DNA from: Octopus vulgaris | Taxonomy: Eukaryota | Assembly (NCBI GenBank): GCA_951406725.2 | Contig: OX597822.1 | Span: forward strand, 63,302,001-63,366,000 | Direction: 5' to 3' | Length of the DNA: 64,000 bases | Shown here: one piece after another, positions 1 through 13,246 of the stretch | Numbering within the stretch: the first letter of the stretch is position 1 | Layout of the letters: each line of letters starts with the position of its first letter | The notes under the pieces: generated by a model | Databases searched by the model: none | What the model was told of the DNA's origin: nothing | The model's input: only the letters and a program-made list of their open reading frames with translations | Program-made: the position numbers and the translations under genes

Positions 1-155
1 GTATATACATACATATACATATATATTTATTCATATATATATACAAATGTATATACATACATATATATATATATACATACATATATATACATAAATATAT
101 ATATATTCATATATATGTAGAGATACATACACATATATGTATGTATGTATATGTA

Positions 156-213
<58 letters not shown>

Positions 214-1034
214 CAAAATTTTCCTGAGTAAATAGGAAAATACTGATAAAAAAAATTATGTCATTAACTTTAGGACATTTCTAAACATTATAAACAAATA
301 CTTCTCTCAAAAAGTTTCTTAAAATTTGGAAATGATCTCAGCTGCCTTTAAATAAATATAATAGTGGACCATATTAGATAACAATTATAGAGCAGTGCTT
401 AGAAACTGGGTGTTGTTTTTTTGTTTTGTTTTGTGTTTTTTAGAAAAATATGTGAAAAACAACTTGTTGAATTTATAATCTTTTAAGTAAAAGTAACAAT
501 GGTCACAAACAATATCATTTACATGCTTTTATAAATGAATTTAATAACAAATATGTGTGTATGTGCATGCATGTATGTATGTGTGTATATATGTATATAT
601 ATATATATGTATCTGTATGTATGTGTATGTAAATGTGTGTGTGTATTAATGAAAGTATACAGTATCAGAGATCCTTTACAGCAATTTTTTTTCAAACAGT
701 TTCATACTGGATATTAAAACCAGATGTTAGATGACTGCATGGATAAGTAATACTGTGTGCTTTTCAGAGATGGCAGGTATTGAAAAAACGAATATGGTGA
801 CTGCTCTCTCTTTTTTTTTTTTCTTTTCTCTTACCTGCTATCTCTGATGAGCTTGTAATATTACTTAACTGTGCTGTTATCTAATATCCAGTTTTTATTC
901 ACAGTGCAAAACCAAATGGTAAGATCAATTGTAATGAAGTTATAATACTGTATACTCTGATTAACACAACCACTCTACTGACAAATGTACAAGTGCATAT
1001 TTTTTCTAACTCGTGGATTCTCACACTCACACAC

Positions 1035-1081
<47 letters not shown>

Positions 1082-3393
1082 ATACATGAGTCAGAAATAA
1101 TATATATATATGCATTGTATATGTATGCATATATGTGAATTAGTGTATGTACATGAGCATGTGTGTGTATGCATGCATCATTCTTATGAAGTTACATTCA
1201 AAATAAGTCATATATTGTAGTAAATGTCAGTTATGTTAGTTAAGTAAGCCGTGATTTAAAAAAATTGAAGGGAGATAATTTGGCAATCTATCCAACAGGC
1301 CTTTTAATAAGATAAATAACAGCAACGTGGCTAAAAAGATATAAAAGCTTTGTAATGTTTTTACCGCTCGTGGTTAGGATCACAACTTGTAACATAGATA
1401 TATATAAAAAAGAACTATTTCATATAAAAATCACATTCTTTTTCAAATTTTATAAAATAGAAAACAGAATTACTACAGCAGTTATCGTAGTGGTCTCTGT
1501 TAGGTGATTATAAAAGTAGAAACGTATCTAACCCTTTAGAATTTAAGCTGGAAATATCTGGTCTAAATATTTTATCTGTTTAACGTTGAAACTGTCTGAT
1601 ACAGCCTCTCACACCTACCCTACAATGTCGTTTTAAAAATAAACAATTAAATCAAGAAATCGTAGTTAATTCAAAAATAATATGAATTGCTAAAGGCCTA
1701 AATAACATTATAATTTAGGGGACTATTAACTTCCTATTTGCATCCATTTATTCTTTGACTTGATTCAGTCAGAGTGTGGCCATGCTGGGGCAGCACCTTG
1801 AATTATTAGTGAAATGAATCAACCCCAGTACTTTTTTTTTAAGCCTGGTACTTATTCTATCGGTCTCTTTTGGTGAGCCGCTAAGTTACATGGGCATGAA
1901 CACACCATTACCAGTTGTCAAGCAGTGGGAGGGAGGGGGCAAAACACAGACACAAAGACACACTCACTCACACACATACTTATACAACGGGCTTCTTTCA
2001 GTTTCCGTCTACCAAATCCACTCACAAGGCTTTGGTTAGCTTGAGGCTTACAGTAGAAGACACATGAAAATTATTTCAATATTTACATCTACATTATGTA
2101 GGATTGAGACATTTCAACACAGCCATTTTGACATCATCTATTTGACATTGCTTATTCAATGCTGACTTATTTGACATCTGCCATTTTGATATTTCTATTG
2201 TTATGATGTTTATCTCTCTTTTACTGTTTAGTTGTGTGAGTATATAGCTCTGTATGTATATGAGAAGAGGGAAGGAGGTTATGCCAACTGGATTCAACTA
2301 CTAAACTGTAATGACTTGCTCTCTAACTATCTATCTGTATGTGTATATTTCTTATTTCTTTATTGCCCACAAGGGGCTAAACATAGAAGGGACAAACAAG
2401 GACAGACAAAGGGATTAAGACAGACAAAGTGTGTAAATGGTACTTAATTTATCGACCCTGAAAGGATGAAAGGCAAAGTCGACCTTGGCGGAATTTGAAC
2501 TCAGAACGTGATGGCAGACGGAATACCACTAAGCATTTTGCCCGGCATGCTAACATTTTTTCCAGTTCGCCGCCCTATGTGTATATTTCTGAGTGCGTGT
2601 GCACGTGTGCATGCGTGTGTGTGTGTGCATGTGTGTGTGTTTCAGTGCCAAAACGTACCATCACCAAAACAGATTTGATACCCATCAGCTGTGCTACATC
2701 ATCACTATCTAAACAGCCATACCCATTCATCTCATTCTCCCACCAAATGTCAACCAATCAGATCTCTTATAATCATTAGGTATCTCATTATTAGATAATG
2801 TACACCATGCGAGACTGGATTCAAACTTGGAAGCTTTCTTTCTGAAATGAGAGTAACAATACTCTTAACCACTATTCCATTGAAGACAGGAGATTTAAAA
2901 GACTGAAATATATGGCAGCCAGAAATATATATATATATATCTTTTATCTTTTACTTGTTTCTGTCATTAGACTGCGGCCATAGTGGAGCACGGTCTTGAA
3001 GAATTTTAGTCAAACAAATTAACACTTGCACTTATTTCTTTGTATTTTAAGCTTGCTACTTCTTTTATCAGTCCCTTTTGTCAAACTGCTAAGTTACGAG
3101 AACATAGACATGCCAACACCAGTTGTCAAACAGTGGGGAGGGGGGACAAAGACACAAACACACACACACACAAAATGCTTCTTTCAGTTTTTCTCTTCCA
3201 ATTCTACTCACAAGGCTTTCATTGGTCCAAGGCTATAGACGAAGACACTTGCCTAAGGTGCCATACAGTGGGACTGAACCTGGAACCATGTGGGTTGGAA
3301 AGCAAACTTCTTACCACACAGCCATTTATCATCTTCAAATGTGAGGTTAACAGTTTCAAAAATTATAATCTTATTGATTGGTATTTGATATAT

Positions 3394-3435
<42 letters not shown>

Positions 3436-3629
3436 ATGTATCTATGATCTTACATGGCTCATTACAATAAATGCAGTAAAAAGAATGAATAGGAAATCAG
3501 CAGGATTAAATTTTTAGAATATAAAAAAAAAAGAAAGGTATAATAACTCAATGATTGACTGACATATTCTAACAATATGTTAAATCAATCTTCATCCTCA
3601 TTTTGGTATCTATGTATTAATACTGGTGC

Positions 3630-3660
<31 letters not shown>

Positions 3661-4984
3661 CACTGGCATGCGTGTACATCACATGTATGCAGTATGTTAG
3701 ATTTTTCATAATGTGGTGACATCTTACTCACCAAAGCACGACTACTTGTTGCAAATTTTTTTATTTGGGGGAGGGGAAATTTCAGTTTCAATTTTATTCA
3801 TTCAATTGGTTTTTTTTCGGGGTTTTTTTTTCAATGTTAAGAGTAAAGCGTTGTGTGTGTGTGTGTGTGTTTGTGTGTGCATGGTGTTAAATTCAAATTG
3901 ATAATATGAAGATGTTTTCTTAAACCAAAATTGAGGGCAACATTAGGATTAATTAAAAAAAATTAAGATGAGGTTTGAATCTGAACTGAATATTTAATTA
4001 TATCTGTAATTTAAATTTGTATCAATAAATTTTTTTTTAAAAACCCTAGTTTTTAATTTATGCTTTTTCAGAATTTCTAACATCTGAATTTTAATTTCAA
4101 ATTGAAATATATTGTTAAAAAAAAAATTCTTTAAACTTTCAAACTAAAATCTTCATATGTAATGCTAAAAGTCTAATTTACATGAATATTTTAATTGATT
4201 TTACTCACACTGAAATGCTTAATTGAATAAAATCTCATTTAGTGGTGTTATATGTTGTTATAGCATGATAAAGAAGATAGCTTTGTTTTTTGAAGATCAG
4301 TTAGAAACATTTTACAGTGTAAAGAATGAGGGCTGGTGTGCAAGTAACGTGAAAATCTTAAAACTGCTACCTAGCTGAAGCCATGATAGAGTAAGTGTGT
4401 GATTTGCATGGTTTCCTAAGACTACAAGTAGCAATATCACTGAACTTTAAGGATTATTTTTATTTTACAACTATCTAATGAATAAGACAGTTTAACAAGA
4501 TGGGTGTCTTTCCTACGACTAATTCTTCAACTGTGAAGTAGAAATGGAACCATTTTTGTGTTAGTCAGGCAAAATGAACCAAGCACAGTCATGTGCTTAT
4601 GCTCAGATGTTCAACAGAATGGTTATAGTAAGTTTTGAACTCATGACCATATGGTCAATAATCTTACAATTTAACTCGAGGGGTCACAATAATTTACATA
4701 AATTTTGTTTTTCCAGCATAGCCCTTTGCCTGTTCTGTGTATCACATGTGCTACATGGGATATATTACCTCGACATCCATGCATCATGTATGATAGACAT
4801 TCCCAATTTTTTTCAACCATCAGAGTAACTTGGGATTTATGAAAGGAAAACTTTACATTACTCAGAACATATGAAACAAGGAATAACTAAAAGTCTGAAA
4901 ACAAGCATGGATGTTTGGGACAAACTTATGAAAATGCATTGGACAGACAAAGGGCTAAGACTCAAGGCAAGTACTCAGCTTTAT

Positions 4985-5405
4985 ACTCTTACTCTTTACT
5001 CTTTTACTTGTTTCAGTCATTTGACTGTGGCCATGCTGGAGCACCGCCTTTAGTCGAGCAAATCGACCCCAGGACTTATTCTTTGGAAGCCTAGTACTTA
5101 TTCTATCGGTCTCTTTTGCCGAACCGCTAAGTTACGGGGACATAAACACACCACCATCGGGTGTCAAGCGATGTTGGGGGACAAGCAAAGACACACAAAC
5201 ATATACACACACGTACACACACACATACATATATACGATGGGCTTCTTTCAGTTTCCATCTACCAAATTCACTCACAAGACTTTGGTTGACCCAAGGCTA
5301 TAGTAGAAGACACTTGCCCAAGGTGCCACGCAGTGGGACTGAACCGAACCCGGAACCATGCGGTTGGTAAGCAAGCTACTTACCACACAGCCACTCCTGC
5401 ACCTA
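4985..5405 (-). mobile_element. SINE family A copy; further copies at ~1746-2065(-) and 2941-3325(-)
   Basis: Reverse complement of the 8546-8975 element. Confidence 0.88.
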
Positions 5406-6366
5406 TATGATTTTTTTTTTTTTTTGTAATTATTCGTCGCAGTCATTATGGCAGAACTTAATGTTGGTTGATTGTCAGAATTTCTTTATGAATATGATCT
5501 GGTTTTATCATAGAACCAACACAAGAATAACAAATCATGTTTAAAAGCAAGAAAAGGAAAATTAGCTAGGGACATGGTGATGGTGGGGGTAATAATAATT
5601 AGGGTTAATTTCAGAGGTACATAAGTCGTGATTACGTAGGAAGTATAAGCCATGAATTGGCAGAGATAATGAAACACTGGACAAAATGTCATAGTGTTTA
5701 ATGATGTTCCTCTGTATTTGGAGCTTTAATCTCATTTGATTAAGGATTTCTCCTCCAAAAGTACACTGTATGATAATGTAAGACATCATTTCACAGAAAA
5801 ACAAGATGTTTTAGGTAACCAATAACACAAATGAGAATATAGCAGGTGTACAGGAACTTTAAGTAAATTAATGTTAAACCCTTGAGAATAGAGGAAGCAG
5901 CATTTGTGAAAGGATTATCGAGGGGATTAACTCATAACAGAGCTTCAGTTATTTCCCTTAGCTCACTTTTTTTGTAAAGAATCGTTGACTAACTTACAAA
6001 TTCCAAACTAGAAATGTTAGCATAATAATTCAATTACAACTAAATAGTTAAGAGATATTTAAGGAATTTGCATTCTTTTGTTTCTGACAACAAAGAGATT
6101 CTTTCTCCATACCAAAAAACAAGTTATGCAACATAAAATGTGATACAGAAAAAAAAAAAAGTCAGATCCAAGCTAAGAAAGGAATAAAACAACAATGGCA
6201 AATGGAGACAAATTGACCTGAAGATCTTTTTCAATCCATCCAAGTAGATATGAAATCATAAATAATGAAGGCAACAGCTTAAACATCTGACTAGGATAGG
6301 GCATTAAAAGGTAAGTAAAAAAAAGTATTATGAAACCAGTTATTAAATGTTGACAATTTTCTAATA

Positions 6367-6562
6367 CAATGGAAGCTGCTTACTGTGATCACTTTGGGAC
6401 GGAGCCTTTTAGATAACAATATCCGACTGATAACATTAATAACATTAAGCAGAGGATATGTTTGGAATATCCTGAGCTCATTTGGGACCTACTTATTTTG
6501 ATAATAATAACTGTCTGATAACATGGTCAGTGATTATCAGCAGTGATAAGCAGCTTCCACAG
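6367..6562. mobile_element. Small TA-flanked MITE (Tc1/pogo type)
   Basis: TIRs caatggaagctgctta / taagcagcttccacag with TA on both sides. Confidence 0.7.
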
Positions 6563-7078
6563 TATTATTGTATTTTGTTCTCCACTTGAAAATTTACGTG
6601 GAGGTATTTGCCAGAATGATTGAAATCTTTTGTTTAGGATTTTAACACATCACACTTAAAATTTAGAATCGTATAAATGCGATTTTATAAATAAGGAAAT
6701 CTTATTCTTAAAATACTGATGAGATCAGAGCTTCAATATTAAAATACCAATATTAATTTAGAAAACCTTGAGTATATGCTGTACATATGAGTATGAATAA
6801 GCATGAGTTTGTGCCTATCTATGATCATGTGGCTACTAAACCGTATACATATCTATATGTATAATATAAATATATGTGCTTTGGTGGAAAAAAACCAGCT
6901 GATGAGGACAAAATTTGTAATATAATTATTACAATATGTTGTAACTGCTTAGCTTATCTATATCAGTATTTCAGTATAATTTAGATGAATCTAGTCATGT
7001 TTGGTCCTCTTCATGCATCTTTCTCAGGTTAATCTACTGTTAACGATGTTGAAATATTTCTGTTGTATTACCACTTCC

Positions 7079-7255
7079 TTAAAGTTCGATACAATTGTTC
7101 AGCTTCTCTATGTCTTCTTTGAAAAAATTCAAATAGAAATAGTTGTCAATTTTGCTCTCGTTTACTGCATGAACCAAATTACACAGGTTCTTTATCTCAA
7201 CGTTGTTTGTAGGTGTGTACCACTGCACTTGGCGAAAGTCCTGCTCCAACGCAAT
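7079..7255 (-). CDS. SAT-like gene last coding exon (IALEQDFRQVQW...CIEL*)
   Basis: Acceptor tttctgttttctctag|ATT, 58 codons plus TAA; aligns without gaps to the SAT C-terminal segment. Confidence 0.83.
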   Translation of the reverse strand: MALEQDFRQVQWYTPTNNVEIKNLCNLVHAVNESKIDNYFYLNFFKEDIEKLNNCIEL

Positions 7256-8717
7256 CTAGAGAAAACAGAAACAAAATATTGTTATTACCCATTAGATATA
7301 AGAATGGGTAAGATGAAAAACAGAGAGATTAGGTACTGCCCAGATGTCAAAATCATAGTGACATCCAATGGGCAGCTGAAGAGGGGAATACATGCTTGAT
7401 ATGTCTGTTTGTGAATCTTTTATATTTAGGGGCCTTGTTATTTTGAGTTGTCCTTTATTCTCACAAAGTTGAACATGTTTTAGGTTTATGGTGATTTCAT
7501 TGATATTGCTTGACTGACTTCATGGATAATCTTATAAGGCTAAGATTAATAATTAATTGATGGCTTCTATTTCATTATCACCATCATCATCATCACTATA
7601 TCTGCTTTCCATGCTGGCATGGGTTGGACAGTTTGCTATGGCCCAAAATAGTTCTTATTGGAAGCACCTACTCTCATAGACTGGTATTTTGTATGTGCCA
7701 TTTTGCATTAGATGCTACAGATGGATGCCCTACCTTTAACCAACTACTTAGCAGAGGATTTAGATACATGTTCTCATGGCACAAACAATAGAGGTAATAT
7801 TACCTGACTTGGGAAACAAGTGAAGGTTGGTAACAGGAAGGGGATCAGGCTGTAGAAAACCTGCCTCAAGAAATACCGTCCAACTCATGCAAGCATGGAA
7901 AAGGGGACGTTAATATGATGATGATAGTGATGATGGTGGTGGTCTTTAAAGCAAATGTATCCATGTAATTTAAAATGTGTACAAAGAATTTGTCAAACAG
8001 ATATTTATGAAAGGCATTAAATAATTTAAACCATCCATAGCAGACCCAAATATTCTACCTGTTTTATGTTCAAACCAGTGAGATCTGGCATCTCATACCT
8101 ACCCTACAATGTCATTCCAAAAATAATTTCATCATCAAAATTTTGAAGCTAAGAGATAATGTAAGATTCATTTAAAACAACGTGAATAAATAAGCATAAA
8201 TAAGCATTACATTACATTTGCCAGAAAAATCTGAATGTTAAAAGGCTAAACAAAGGAATACAAGGAAATATAGATTTTAACATTACCTTCACCAAAAGAT
8301 GTCCCAGTTGTTTGCATATGCCTTGGTTACGGTATTCTGGAGTAACGTATAAATCATCAACCAGCAGTGTCTTTCCCATGAAAGTGCAAAAGATTTTGCT
8401 AAAAAACAAATACCCTACCAAGAAGGGTGTAGCACTTGTATCTAAAATAAGAAATAAACAAGCCGAATTGTTAATCTTTATTAATCATTATACACGTATT
8501 ATGCACATACTTTGTAGTGTAGGAGTGGCTGTGTGGTAAGTATATAGGCATAGAAGTGGCTATGTGGTAAGTAGCTTGCTTACCAACCACATGGTTCTGG
8601 GTTCAGTCCCACTGCGTGGCACCTTGGGCAAGTGTCTTCTACTATAGCCTTGGGCTGGCCAAAGCCTTGTGAGTGGATTTGGTAGATGGAAACTGAAAGA
8701 AGCCCGTCGTATATATG

Positions 8718-8750
<33 letters not shown>

Positions 8751-11700
8751 ACATGTGCATGTGTATATGTTCGTGTTTCTGTGTTTGTTCCCCCTAATAT
8801 CGCTTCACAACCGATGGTGCTGTGTTTACGTCCCCGTGATTTTAGCAACTTGGCAAAAGAGGCCAATAGAATAAGTACTAGGCTTACAAAGAATAAGTCC
8901 TGGGGTCGATTTGCTCAACTAAAGGCGGTGCTCCAGCATGGCCACAGTCAAATGACAGAAACAAGTAAAAGAGTAATACTTTGAATGACTTTAATCAAAG
9001 TAACTAAATTAAGTCTCTTTATCTTCTATTTCTGCATTTAGCTCATTCTGACATGAGTTTTTCATAGTCCTCTTTTCTCATCTGTACACAATGCTTTACA
9101 ACTCTCTTAAAACAGCACAGCTCCTATGACTTCAGGAAACATTTTTTCACGCTGAGAGTTGCTGAAGCATGGAACAAACTGCCGGCATCGGTTGTTAGTT
9201 TTCAGAGCACTGCATCCTTCAAAACTTCCATACTTCCTGAGATTCGCCAATACTACACTTGATTTTCTCTCCTCCATACACACACAAGCATGTATCTGAC
9301 TCATACACTGTTCACTTTCCAGACATTTCTACATTACTGCATGTACTTTATATGCACTTTCTGACAAGTTGTGGTGCACCTGAGCACTGTATACAATACA
9401 TTATTATTATATTATTATAAATACATTAACTGCTTCAATCTAGACATTTTTTTAGCCTTTAATATCCATTGTTTATAGGTGTTAGCATGGCTGTATAGAT
9501 AGGAAGCTTACTGTGCAACCACATGATTTCAGGTTCACTCTCACTGCAAGGTACCTTGAGCAAGTGTCTTCTACTATAGCCTCATTCAGCCCAAAAGGTT
9601 AGGAAAAATTGTTTTAGATTGTTCCTCATATATTTGAGAGATAATATTGCTATTGATCTTCATACCTGATACACGATGAGCCACAAGTATCACAAATTTC
9701 TGATCTTCACCAAATCCATATTTCTTCAAATCTAGAAGATAAAAAACACAAATAACAAAAGTATGCGAATTAAATATAATAATAAATCTTCACTTTGTTT
9801 TATTTTATTTTTTTTGTTAGATTCTTTTAAATTTCTTACATGAGATCATCAGGATTTTGGAGCTTATAATTTCTCTACCAAATAGTATGTCTTAAATATC
9901 TAATAACCTCTTGTTTAATACTGTTATAATCCAGTTTAATACCATTTCCTATCATTCAACTCAGTGCCACCTTTCATATATGTATAAGACTCATATCATA
10001 AAGACATTAAAAAGAAAAAGATAAAAACACTAGTTTAAAGCTAAAAGATTTCAACCTTAATTCTTTAATCTTTTTAATATAAACCCACCTGAGACAACCC
10101 ATATTAAAGTATTCATATTTAATCAATATTTTGGTGCAATCTTAGTGGTGAATAAATGATTTCGGGGGAGATTTTTGATTATTCAACATCAGCATAATTG
10201 TTTTATTTTGTCAAAGTCCCTTTTCCATGCTAGCATGGCTTGGACAGACAGAAACTAAGGCAGGATTATTATGGCTGGATGCACTTCCTGTGGTCGACCC
10301 TTGGTTGTTTTTTAAGGAAGGGATTTTTTTCTATCACAGACAAATTCAAAAGTGCAAAGTTAGTAGACAATTTAGTTGATAGCCCAACCAGAAATAGCAA
10401 CATCATTAATTGTATTTGAGCTGTGAATGGCAACATCACAGTGGACTTACTGCTTTTACATGGCACAAACATAGGCAAGGTCAGTTTTAGCAAGGTTTTT
10501 ACAGCTGGATGCCCTTTGAAATGCCAACCACTTTACAGTGAGAACTGGGTGCTTTTAATTGGTACCTGCACTGATAGGGTAACCAAGTACTTGCAAGACA
10601 ATATATATATTGGGTTGTCTGGAAAGTTTGTGCCAATTTTTAAAGGAAAGGAAAAGGTCAATAAATACTTGCCATTACATTTTTAATCAACCAAATATGA
10701 ACCATTTTGTTGCACAATGTGTTTCTATCTTTCCTTTAACTTAAAAATACCCCCTTCCCAGAATTGAGGGGATTTCATGGCAAAGAATTCATCAAGGTAT
10801 CTTTTTACGTCATCCAAGGAATTGAAATTTTTACCATTAAGACTATTCTGCAGAGACCTGAATAAGTGGAAATCCGAAGGAGCAATATCTGGTGAATATG
10901 GAGGGTGGAGTAACACATCCCAGCTGAGCTGCAGCAATTTTTGTCTGGTTCCCAAAGCATCAAGTCCCGAAAAGGAACTTTCTTATCTTCCATTTTAAAG
11001 GGTTACAGAATTAACACAGGTTATAGGAACATAAACCTTCTAACACAAAATATAGCTTAAACTGTGCTCTAAATGTAGGTGTAGTCAAATTCTATTCTTT
11101 TGGACTCAACCATGTTCTAAAATAAGTCAAAAGGTAAGCTACTATAAATCGGCACGAACTTTCCTGACAACCCAATATATATATATATATATATATGTGA
11201 ACATGTTTATGTGGGTTTGTATGTGTTTGTATGTGCCCTTGCCTAGACATTACATGAAAGCTGTAAATGAGCATCACCATCATCATTATCAGCAAGGTTG
11301 TTTATTTCCAGTTTTTCAGTGAAAAACGTGTGGCCATCAGAAAATATTACCTTGCTAGGAAAGAGGTGAAGATTAGCAACATGAAAGTTATAAGGATGTA
11401 GAAAATTTGCCTCAACAAATTCCATCCGACCCATGAAGGCATGACAAAATAGACATTAAATGATGCTCAGAACAATCTTATACATATATAAAACGATTAT
11501 ATTTATACATAATGATGGGCTTCTTTCAGTTTCCACCTACCAAATTCCCTTACAAGGCAATTGTTAGCCCAGGGCTGTAGTAGAAGACAATTGGACAATG
11601 TGTTGTGCCGTGAGATTGAACCCACAGACACATAATTGAGAAGCAAATTTTTCAACTACATAGCCATGATTTTACGCATTTTTACAGATAATTTACTAAA

Positions 11701-13207
11701 TCTTTTCAAATTATTGATTATATTGAAAACTAATTGAAACACACAGGTAGTTTATTCATTAGAAACATAGTAAAGAATTGGTTATCCTGAAAAGAACTTA
11801 CCTTCTAAAGTAAGTTGTGACTTTAAGTCTTCATCATCATCCTCTTCCTGCTCCTATTTATAAAATACAAAAGATGGAATTAGAAAAGAAAAAAATGAAA
11901 AAAATGAAAAGAACCTGTCTGGTGCCAGTGTCATGTAAAAATGCACTTTGTAAAGTTGTTGGTGTCAGAAAGAGCATCCAGTCATACAAAAAAAATACAA
12001 AAAAAAACACCATGTTGAAATGACATCTGATTAAATGAGCTGACTCAAACTAAGACAATTTGTCCAACCCATGCCATCATGGAAAGTGGTTGTAAAATGA
12101 TGATGATGATGATGATGATGATGACGACGATGATTGAAGTTTGCTGAGTCAGTGATAATAATCTAATGCAGTTAACATTAAAAAGTTAATTAGATATAAT
12201 TAAGAGAGAGAGTCAGAAATAAAAACTATATATATTAGATAATGCATGCATGGCTGTGTAGTTAAGAAACTCGTTTTGCAACCACATGGCTTCAAGTCCA
12301 GTTCCACTGTGTGGCACCTTAGGCAATTGTCTTGATAAGATAATGAAATTATTGTATACAGTGCACAGGTGCACCACAACTTGTCAAAAGTGCATATAAA
12401 GCATATGCAGTAATGTACAAATGTCTGGAAAGTGAACACTTGCGTGTGTATGGAGGGGAGAAAATCAGGTGTAGTGTTGGCGAATCTCAGGAAGCATGGA
12501 AGTTTTGAAGGATGCAGTCTGCTACTAGAACACTGGGTTAACACATGCCATCGTGAGTGGTGTGTGTGTGTGTGTGTATATACACACACACACACACACA
12601 TATATATATAAATATTATTATTTCTAAGTATTTCTATAGTTATTGCCAAGCTAATATGGCAGTCCATAAATATAAGACGAAAGCTGCCGTTGATTAGCTC
12701 CAAGAGGCCATCACCTCCAGCTAGTTATATGACACATGAACCTGTGTCCATTATAACCTTCAAGCAGGGGAGGTCAGCCGCTTCCGCTTGCTGGTCAGGC
12801 ATCTGCAGACATGTTTCGTATATATGTATGTATGTAGATATCAAACAATGAGAACGAGTGATCAACACTGCATTGGTGGATAAAGAATTTTTATGTGTAT
12901 TAAGGCTATTCATTGGTTTCATGTTAAGGAATACCTCAATAATTATCAAACCTATCCCATGGAGCATCAGTATTCATCTTCCATTTTTATATATACACAT
13001 ATAGTATTAAAACACTATATATGAGAGTATCTGTGTCTGTGAGTGGCTGTGTGGTAAGTAAATTGCTTACCAACCACATGGTTATGGGTTCAGTTCCACT
13101 GCGTGGCACCTTGGGCAAGTGTCTTCTACTATAGCCTCGGGCTGATCAAAGCCTTGTGAGTGGATTTGGTAGACTGAAACTGAAAGAAACCTGTCATATA
13201 TATGTAT

Positions 13208-13246
<39 letters not shown>

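Noticed and set aside
761-783. Possible plus-strand 9-nt microexon (ttttcag AGATGGCAG gtattg)
   Set aside because: Splice-like words arise often by chance in AT-rich DNA, and no partner exons were found.
844-6960. CTGATGA words at 844, 6716 and 6899 as hammerhead cores
   Set aside because: No correctly placed stem II-GAAA-stem III-stem I follows; the 6899 site has a hairpin but lacks GAAA.
7001-7399. 132-aa plus-strand ORF
   Set aside because: Antisense to the last SAT exon, non-ATG start, no recognisable motif.
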